From: Gammaproteobacteria bacterium
GTDB taxonomy: Bacteria > Pseudomonadota > Gammaproteobacteria > Steroidobacterales > Foliamicaceae
NCBI GenBank assembly: GCA_026707445.1
Contig: JAPOWV010000023.1
Location: forward strand, 18,641-82,640
DNA length: 64,000 bases
Direction of reading: 5' to 3'
A program made the translations under genes and the position numbers. Positions 57,258-64,000 of the stretch are shown in pieces. Numbering within the stretch: the stretch's first letter is position 1; each line of letters begins with the position of its first letter. The notes beneath the pieces were generated by a model. That model was given only the letters and a program-made list of their open reading frames with translations. It searched no databases and was not told the origin of the DNA.

Positions 57258-58436
57258 CTACAGGTTCGAAACGAACCGGGCGATTCGATCCATGCCCTCG
57301 TCAATGCGGGGTTGATCAAGCGCGAATGAAATCCTGACGAATCCCTCGCCGGCGGCGCCGAAACTCGTTCCGTCTATCAGCGCAACTCCTTCTTCCGCCA
57401 GAAGACGATCCTGAAAGGCGCGTCCCGACAAGCCCGTACTCGTTATATTCGGAAATACATAGAACGCGCCGCCGGGCGGCTGGCACGAAAACGAGGAAAG
57501 CGCGTTCAGCCGGTCAACCAGGCGTGTTCGGCGCGACGCAAATTCCGACACCATCGCGGATACGGTGTCCTGCGGCCCCTCCAGCGCCGCAAGACCGCCC
57601 ATTTGAGCGGCCGTATTCACGCAGGAATGACAGTTGATGGCAAGCCGCAAAACCTTATCCACGAGTTCGCATGGCCATACCGAGTATCCCAGGCGCCATC
57701 CCGTCATCGCGTAGGTCTTGCTCCAGCCGTTCAGCACGATCAGCCGGTCGCGGATCTCGGGGTACTCAAGAAGGCTCGGAGGACGGCGTTCGTCAAAATA
57801 GATCCGGTCATAAATCTCGTCGGTAAGTACGGCAACCTGGGGATGCTCCAGCAGTCCCTCGACCAGGCGGTCCATGTCCTTTCTGGCCGTTACGCCGCCG
57901 GTCGGATTGGCGGGCGAATTGAGAATGATGAGTCGAGTCCGCTCCGTGACCTGCTCCAAAACGGATTCCGGATCCAGAGAAAAACCGCGCGATTCTTCCA
58001 GCCGGTACGGTATTGCCCCGGCTCCGGAAAAGTCGATCATCGAGCGATAGATCGGAAACCCGGGGTCCGGATAAAGGATTTCCGCACCGGACTCGCCGAA
58101 CATCAGCATCGCAAAGAACATGACCGGTTTGGCGCCGGGCGTGACGAAGACCCGGTCGGGTGCGACGTCGACGCCGAGCCGCCGGTCAAGATCGGCCGCG
58201 ACCGCCTCGCGAAGGGCGGGCAGACCCGGCGGCTCGGTATAGCCGTGATCGCCGTCCCGCAGCGCTTTGCGGGCGGCCTCGATCGCCGTCGCCGGCGGTT
58301 TGGCGTCAGGCTGGCCGATTCCCAGATTGACGATGTCGCGACCCTCCGCCGCCAGGCGGTTCGCACGCATGAGGACGTCGAATGCGCTTTCCGTGCCCAG
58401 ACGCTCCACCCGCGCGGCAAGCGTCAGTTCGTTCAT
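57258..58436 (-). CDS. Pyridoxal-phosphate-dependent aminotransferase (class I, aspartate-type)
   Basis: NGWSKTYAMTGWRLGY PLP-Lys motif; NSPANPTG. Confidence 0.88.
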   Translation of the reverse strand: MNELTLAARVERLGTESAFDVLMRANRLAAEGRDIVNLGIGQPDAKPPATAIEAARKALRDGDHGYTEPPGLPALREAVAADLDRRLGVDVAPDRVFVTPGAKPVMFFAMLMFGESGAEILYPDPGFPIYRSMIDFSGAGAIPYRLEESRGFSLDPESVLEQVTERTRLIILNSPANPTGGVTARKDMDRLVEGLLEHPQVAVLTDEIYDRIYFDERRPPSLLEYPEIRDRLIVLNGWSKTYAMTGWRLGYSVWPCELVDKVLRLAINCHSCVNTAAQMGGLAALEGPQDTVSAMVSEFASRRTRLVDRLNALSSFSCQPPGGAFYVFPNITSTGLSGRAFQDRLLAEEGVALIDGTSFGAAGEGFVRISFALDQPRIDEGMDRIARFVSNL

Positions 58437-58470
58437 ATGGCCTGCCTCTCAGATGGCGCGCAAGCGATCA

Positions 58471-59787
58471 CTACAAAAGCCCCGGCAGCCACAGGCAAAG
58501 GGCGGGAATGGACAGGATGAGAGCGAGCACGACGAGTCCGCTCAAAAGACACGGAACGACGCCTCTGAATGACTCCCCGAGCGGGGTTTCACGGTCCAGC
58601 GAGTTGATCACATAGACGTTAAGGCCGATGGGCGGGGTAATCAGGCCGATCTCCACCGCGAAAAGGGCCAGAACTCCGAACCAGATCGCGATCTGCTCCT
58701 CCGTATACCCCAGGTCGAGCCCGGTCAGCAGTGGGAAGAAAACCGGGACCGTCAGCAGGATCATGGCCAGACTGTCCATGACGCAGCCAAGCACCAGGTA
58801 AACCAGCAGGATGCCGACCAGGATCAGGATCGGCGACAGTCCGGACCCCGTCAACGCGTCGGCCAGCTCGGTCGTGACCTGCGAGAGCGCCAGAAAGCTG
58901 TTCAGAATTTGCGCCGATATCAGAATGAGGAAGATCATCGCGGTGGTTTTCGCCGTTTCGAGCAGACACGACGCGAAGGCCGCCCAACTGAGCCGGCCCG
59001 ACGCGAGCGCCACCAGGCCGGTAGCCGCCGCGCCGATGGCGGCGCCCTCCGTTGGGGTGAACAGGCCGAAATAGATGCCGCCGACGACCGAGATGAAGAT
59101 GACCGCTACCGGCCACACCATGCCCAGGCTGCGGATGCGCTGGCGTATCGGCAGCGCTTCAACCACGGGACCGGCTCCGGGTTTGAACCGCACATAGGCG
59201 GCGATCGCAATCGTGTAGCCAAGCGTCGCGATGAGTCCCGGCACCACTGCGGCCAGGAACAGCTTGCCGATCGACTGCTCGGTGATGACCGCGTAGATCA
59301 CCAGGATCACCGACGGAGGGATCAGGATGCCGAGCGTTCCACCGGCGGCCAGCGCACCGGTAGCCAGACCGCCGGAATAGTTGCGACGCTTCATCTCGGG
59401 CAGGGCCACCGAGGCCATCGTCGCGCCGGTGGCGATCGAGGAGCCGCAGATCGAACCGAAGGCAGCGCTCCCGAAGATGGTCGAGATTGCCAGTCCGCCC
59501 CGGTAGTGTCCCGTCCAGGCGCGGGCCGAGTCGAACAGCAGACGGCCGAGCCCCGCCCGGGTCGCGAACTGGCCCATCAGCAGGAACAGCGGCAGGACCG
59601 ACAGCGTATAGCTGGATACGCGCCCGAAAGGAACGGTATTGAGCAGATTGAGGAACGCCGGCCAACCCGCGAGCGAGGCGAATCCGAAGCCGCCGGTCAC
59701 GAACATGGCTATCGCGACCGGCATCCTGAGCGCGATCAGCAGCAGGCAGACGCCGAACATCAGGGCGCCGAATTCGACGCTGGTCAT
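58471..59787 (-). CDS. dctM: TRAP transporter large permease
   Basis: 438-aa polytopic protein, typical DctM composition, downstream of dctQ/dctP. Confidence 0.85.
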   Translation of the reverse strand: MTSVEFGALMFGVCLLLIALRMPVAIAMFVTGGFGFASLAGWPAFLNLLNTVPFGRVSSYTLSVLPLFLLMGQFATRAGLGRLLFDSARAWTGHYRGGLAISTIFGSAAFGSICGSSIATGATMASVALPEMKRRNYSGGLATGALAAGGTLGILIPPSVILVIYAVITEQSIGKLFLAAVVPGLIATLGYTIAIAAYVRFKPGAGPVVEALPIRQRIRSLGMVWPVAVIFISVVGGIYFGLFTPTEGAAIGAAATGLVALASGRLSWAAFASCLLETAKTTAMIFLILISAQILNSFLALSQVTTELADALTGSGLSPILILVGILLVYLVLGCVMDSLAMILLTVPVFFPLLTGLDLGYTEEQIAIWFGVLALFAVEIGLITPPIGLNVYVINSLDRETPLGESFRGVVPCLLSGLVVLALILSIPALCLWLPGLL

Positions 59788-60266
59788 CGTGCCGTAGTCT
59801 TCAGGTGGCGAAAGAGCAGCAAAACGCAGACCACCGTGAGCAGTCCCGCCCCGAGCAGGGCCGAAAAATAGGCCCAGTGGACCGGAATGCCCAAAAACAC
59901 GGTCGTCTCGCCGTCGTCGAGCTTGTGCGTCGCACCGACGAACAGGCGCCAGGTGATCAGGCCCGCAACGATCGCGAACGTGACGTTGTGCACCGCGTCC
60001 AGCGCCGACTTGAAACGTGGAGGCATTCTCCCGGTGAACAACTCGACGACGATATTGGCGTTGGCGATGTGGCAGTACGGGAAAAAGGCGAACACAGCAA
60101 TCCCGATGGCGAGTTCGGTGATTTCATAGTCACCGGGGACGGGGGCGTTGAACAGATAGCGTCCGAGGACGCTGACCACCGTCATCCCCATCACCCCGAC
60201 CAGCAGCAGGCCTCCCGCCAGCGCGAGGGCCCGCGCCAGCCGCTTAACCCGGCCGTCAGGGCTCAT
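59784..60266 (-). CDS. dctQ: TRAP transporter small permease
   Basis: Four-TM, about 160 aa; ATG 60266 preferred (11-nt overlap with dctP). Confidence 0.72.
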   Translation of the reverse strand: MSPDGRVKRLARALALAGGLLLVGVMGMTVVSVLGRYLFNAPVPGDYEITELAIGIAVFAFFPYCHIANANIVVELFTGRMPPRFKSALDAVHNVTFAIVAGLITWRLFVGATHKLDDGETTVFLGIPVHWAYFSALLGAGLLTVVCVLLLFRHLKTTAR

Positions 60267-61326
60267 TGCCGTATTTCGCCACCAGGCGCCTGGCATCCGC
60301 GAGCATGGCGTCGCCGTCGTGTCCCATGGCGCCCACTCTATCCAACCAGGCTTCGATCACCGGCCTGGTGGCCGTTATCCAACGCTCGCGCTCCGATTCC
60401 GAGAGCGGAAACAGCGCATTGCCGCGTTGCACGGCGAAATTGCGGCCCGGTTCCTCATCGTCCTGCCACAGCCGGCCCAGCCGTTTGGCGAGCGCCATTC
60501 CGGTGGACCCGTCGATCGCGTTCCTGATGTCCTCCGGCAAGCCCAGGTAGCGGGCCTTGTTCATCGCCATCACGAACAGCACACAAGCCAGGGAAGCCTC
60601 GGTATGGTTTCGAGTCACCTCCTGGAGGCGGAAGGGCTGCATGATGGACCAGGCTACCCATACGCCGCCCACAACTCCGCGCGACAGCGCCTCATAGACG
60701 TCCGAAACCGGCATGCCGACCGGAACGGCGCCCAGAGCCTCGATCGTGGCGGCGCTGGCGTGCGAAGGAACTCGAATCTTCACACCCGAAAAGTCCTCAA
60801 GTCTGCGTATCGGCCGATTGGTGGTGTGGATGTGGGCGGGCGCGGTGGTATGAAACACCAGGGGAACGGTGTCCGGGTATTCATCCTGCATCCATTTGCG
60901 ATAGAACTCCATCATGGCCTGGCTGGTCGCTTCCGCACCGCTGCATACGAACGGCAGTTCGAACACCTCCGTCAATGGAAATCGTCCCGGCGAGTAGCCC
61001 GGCGAGGTCCAGACGATGTCCACCACGCCGTCGCGTGCCTGTCCATAGAGGTCCGATAACTTGCCGCCCAACTGCATCGCGGGAAAGACCTGGACCCGCA
61101 CCTTCCCGCCGGAGCGCTCCTCGAGTTCCCTGGCCCATGGAACGAGAAACGAACGCACGGAAAGGGCATTGGGAGAATTGAAGGTATGCAGCCGAAGCGT
61201 GATCGGTTCGGCGTCCGCGGCACTCACGACCGCGCACAGCATTACCGCGGCAGCCAAGCCGATAGACAAACGGCCAAGCCTGTGATCGCGGCAGGAAATC
61301 GTTTGCGAAGGTTGTGCGCTTGCCAT
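60256..61326 (-). CDS. dctP: TRAP transporter substrate-binding protein
   Basis: Signal peptide then DctP-like periplasmic domain; operon context. Confidence 0.82.
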   Translation of the reverse strand: MASAQPSQTISCRDHRLGRLSIGLAAAVMLCAVVSAADAEPITLRLHTFNSPNALSVRSFLVPWARELEERSGGKVRVQVFPAMQLGGKLSDLYGQARDGVVDIVWTSPGYSPGRFPLTEVFELPFVCSGAEATSQAMMEFYRKWMQDEYPDTVPLVFHTTAPAHIHTTNRPIRRLEDFSGVKIRVPSHASAATIEALGAVPVGMPVSDVYEALSRGVVGGVWVAWSIMQPFRLQEVTRNHTEASLACVLFVMAMNKARYLGLPEDIRNAIDGSTGMALAKRLGRLWQDDEEPGRNFAVQRGNALFPLSESERERWITATRPVIEAWLDRVGAMGHDGDAMLADARRLVAKYGNEP

Positions 61327-61455
61327 TGGGAATCACTAGCCCTGCGTGTGCGAAAATGCCTCGACGAGCAGCGGGAGGCCTCGCGAGGCATCCCGGCGCC
61401 AACATACAGTACCCGATTATTCGCCCGCGCGCTCCGCAGGGACAGTTATCAGGAC

Positions 61456-63219
61456 ATGGGACTCGACGAATCAGACACTCGCTCCCGGAACCGCCGTCAT
61501 CCGGACGCGAAGACCCCGTTTCCGCTCAGCGTGGGACTCGCCCTGCAGATTGCCTGCCTGGTACTGCCCGGCGCGGTGATGATCCCGACGGTCGTATTCC
61601 GGGCCGCCGGCCAGCCCGAAGAGTTCCTGTTGTGGGCCGTGTTCGCCTCCGTCGCGATCTGCGGCGCTACTTCGATAGTCCAGGCATGGCGGATCGGGCG
61701 GTTCGGTGCGGGTTACATCCTGGCGATAGGAACATCCGGGGCCGCCATCGCGGTCAGCATCTCCGCACTGTCCGCAGGCGGCCCGGCATTGCTGGGGGCC
61801 CTGGTCGTTGTCCTCGCCATAGTCCAGTTCGTATTCTCGGCACGCCTCTCGCTGTTCCGGCGCATCCTTACGCCAACCGTAACGGGCACCGTGCTCATGC
61901 TCACGCCGGTCACGGTCATGCCGATCATGTTCGAGCAATTGAAGAACGTGCCGAGCGGCACGCCGCCGCTGGCGGCGCCGCTCAGCGCGCTGGCGACCCT
62001 GGCGATCATCGTCGGAATAGCACTTGCGGCAAAGGGTCGCGTGCGCCTGTGGGGGCCTGTCATCGGAATCGTCGCGGGTTCGGCCGCCGCAGGCGTGTTC
62101 GGTCTGTACGACGTTGACCGCATCGCGCTGGCGCCTTGGGTCGGTATTCCGCAGTCCGAATTGACCGCCCTGGATCTGCGGTTCACTCCCGACTTCTGGG
62201 CGCTGCTTCCCGCGTTCGTCTTCATTGCCCTGGTCTGCACGATACAAACCGTCGGCGGCGCCGTCGGGATTCAGCGCGTGTCATGGGCCGAGAGCCGGGC
62301 CGTGGATTTTCGCGCGGTACAGGGCGCCGTGGCCGCCGACGGTTTGGGTAACCTCCTGTCGGGCCTGGCAGGCACGATGCCGCTCGGCTTCAGGCCCACG
62401 GGTGCGTCCATGGTCGAAATCACCGGGATCAGCTCTCGCCGCATCGGACTTGCGCTCGGGGCCGCGCTGATCGTGCTGGCGTTCGTGCCCAAGGCGCTCG
62501 CCGTAATCCTTGCGATCCCGGGCCCGGTCATCACCGCTTTCGTTACCGTAACGATGGCAGCGATTTTCATTGTCGGCGTGAAGGTGATCGTTCAGGATGG
62601 AATCGACAATCGAAAAGGCCTGATTGCCGGTGTCTCGTTCTGGATCGGGGTGGGCTTTCAGAGCGGCGCGATATTCCCTGGTCAGTTCCCGGAGTTTGCG
62701 GGCGCCCTCCTGAACAACGGGATGCTGACCGGAGGCACCGTGGCGATCCTCATGACCCTCTTTGTCGAGTTGACGAAACCGCGTCCCCGCCGGACGGAAG
62801 TGGATTTCAATCCGGCCGCCCTGCGTGAAATCCGGGAATTCATCGGTGCATTCGCATCGCGAAGAGGTTGGGACGCGCAGATGATGGACCGCCTTGATGC
62901 CGTCTGCGAAGAGACGTTGCTGACTCTGCAGCAGCGGGACGAGCCCGGCACGGAGAACGGGCGGCGGCTGCTCCTTACGGCGCGCATTGAAGATGGCGGA
63001 GCCGTGCTGGAGTTCGTTGCCTCGAAAGGGGAACAGAACATACAGGACCGGATAGCGCTGCTGGGCGAGGCCAACGCGGCGGCGATGATCGAACAGGACG
63101 TCTCGCTACGGCTATTGCGCCACCTCGCCTCCTCGGTCCGCCATCAGCAGTACCACGACACGGACATCGTGACCGTCCGCGTGGAACCGTCCGGCGGGAG
63201 GATTGCGCGTGGGATGTAG
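61456..63219 (+). CDS. NCS2/SLC23-family nucleobase permease fused to about 140-aa cytoplasmic C-terminal domain
   Basis: About 440-aa polytopic core typical of xanthine/uracil permeases; ATG 61456 chosen, upstream ORF part overlaps dctP antisense. Confidence 0.7.
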   Translation: MGLDESDTRSRNRRHPDAKTPFPLSVGLALQIACLVLPGAVMIPTVVFRAAGQPEEFLLWAVFASVAICGATSIVQAWRIGRFGAGYILAIGTSGAAIAVSISALSAGGPALLGALVVVLAIVQFVFSARLSLFRRILTPTVTGTVLMLTPVTVMPIMFEQLKNVPSGTPPLAAPLSALATLAIIVGIALAAKGRVRLWGPVIGIVAGSAAAGVFGLYDVDRIALAPWVGIPQSELTALDLRFTPDFWALLPAFVFIALVCTIQTVGGAVGIQRVSWAESRAVDFRAVQGAVAADGLGNLLSGLAGTMPLGFRPTGASMVEITGISSRRIGLALGAALIVLAFVPKALAVILAIPGPVITAFVTVTMAAIFIVGVKVIVQDGIDNRKGLIAGVSFWIGVGFQSGAIFPGQFPEFAGALLNNGMLTGGTVAILMTLFVELTKPRPRRTEVDFNPAALREIREFIGAFASRRGWDAQMMDRLDAVCEETLLTLQQRDEPGTENGRRLLLTARIEDGGAVLEFVASKGEQNIQDRIALLGEANAAAMIEQDVSLRLLRHLASSVRHQQYHDTDIVTVRVEPSGGRIARGM

Positions 63220-63317
63220 AGGCGGCCACCGCCGTCATGCAAGCGGCACAAATTGACAGAACGGAACGAGTTGTCCTATTGTCATTGCAACAGGTTATCC
63301 GGAGCGGGGGAATTCTC

Positions 63318-63617
63318 ATGCACGTAGTCGCGTTCGTCACTCACAAGCAGGGACTGGTAGAGGAAGGCAGCGAAATTCAGCGCGCTTATACCGACTATCT
63401 GCGCAATCATCCTGACCATCCCGGAATTGTCGTTCTCCACGCCGGACCGACCCTCGCCGACGACGCGGAGACCATCGTGGGCTTGCTATTGGTTGTCGAG
63501 GCGCCCTCACTGGAGGCGGCGCGCGCGTTTCTGGCCGACAGCCCCTATGGCAAGGCGGACGTCTTCGCGGAAACCCGGATCCAGCCCTGGAACTGGAAGA
63601 CGGGCCGTCCGGGATAG
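63318..63617 (+). CDS. YciI-like protein
   Basis: 99 aa; LLVVEAPSLEAARAFLADSPY pattern typical of YciI family. Confidence 0.65.
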   Translation: MHVVAFVTHKQGLVEEGSEIQRAYTDYLRNHPDHPGIVVLHAGPTLADDAETIVGLLLVVEAPSLEAARAFLADSPYGKADVFAETRIQPWNWKTGRPG

Positions 63618-63758
63618 GACCTACCGGTCCAACTGTTCGCTAGTGGCCTGACCCGGATAAACAGGCTAAAAACACTGTGTCAGAGGCGGTTGCAACTCCG
63701 TCGCCTCCGCTAGCCCCTATCCGGTTGTGAGTCGGCATTCCGGGACACGTGCAAACTC

Positions 63759-64000
63759 ATGGACATCCAGGACCTGATCATCGACGACCGGGACCGCGGG
63801 ATTTTTCGGGTCCATCGGTCGTGCATGACGTCCTTCGATCTGTTCCGGCGGGAACGGGAACTGATCTTCAACCGGTGCTGGATCTACCTGGGCCACGAAT
63901 CGGAAGTGGAGAACCCCGGAGACTACCGTCGGCGCACGGTGGCAGGCAGGCCGCTGTTTTTCATCCGAAGCAAAGACGGCCGTGTGCGTGTATTCCTCAA
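63759..64000 (+). CDS. Rieske-type aromatic ring-hydroxylating oxygenase alpha subunit, N-terminal fragment (3' end outside window)
   Basis: FNRCWIYLGHESEVENPGDYRRRTVAGRPLFFIRSKDGRVRVF is a typical RHO alpha N-terminus; runs off window. Confidence 0.6.
   Translation, partial: MDIQDLIIDDRDRGIFRVHRSCMTSFDLFRRERELIFNRCWIYLGHESEVENPGDYRRRTVAGRPLFFIRSKDGRVRVFL

Overview
This is a high-GC chromosomal segment. Hand counts of single 60-nt lines give about 65-72% G+C. Gene order (fabG-acpP-fabF-mltG-tmk-holB-pilZ, ccmABCDEFGHI, gspG-M) suggests a gammaproteobacterium, but that is inference. I support about 70 protein genes and found no rRNA, tRNA, CRISPR array, transposase or integrase.

Core content, in order:
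- partial TonB-dependent receptor and several redox genes (Prx5-type peroxiredoxin, MDR oxidoreductase, CMD family)
- etfBA plus a rhodanese
- a tight run of small uncharacterised genes around a MaoC dehydratase
- an OYE/2,4-dienoyl-CoA-reductase-like flavoprotein
- an AddAB-type helicase-nuclease pair and higBA
- the T2SS genes gspG-M
- the fab/mltG/tmk/holB/pilZ block, a GT39-like membrane glycosyltransferase and a TrxR-type ferredoxin-NADP reductase
- a lipid-modification cluster (FAD oxidoreductase, DUF1365, Cfa) facing a desaturase
- the full ccm operon, a TRAP transporter with an aminotransferase, and an NCS2 permease with an extra C-terminal domain

Accessory or unusual content:
1. A roughly 5-kb island of about 50% G+C (about 42.0-47.0 kb) sits between the desaturase and ccmI. 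It carries a compact type II R-M pair and an opposite-strand three-gene module (OGG-fold-like, NAD-binding+DUF4166, HSDR_N-like nuclease). This is my best candidate for an undescribed defence-type system.
2. A decayed locus at 11.5-12.4 kb holds a retropepsin-like protease and a 39-codon remnant that resembles the N-terminus of type IIG/IIL R-M enzymes.
3. A 267-bp compound palindromic element lies at 33589-33855.
4. A REP-like family with core GGGCGGGACGCC occurs several times. One copy is apparently in-frame inside cfa and one splits ccmB from ccmC.
5. Several 45-78-nt in-frame patches of 20-38% G+C with rare codons lie inside conserved GC-rich genes.

All family calls rest on motif recognition by eye. 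No database search was possible.
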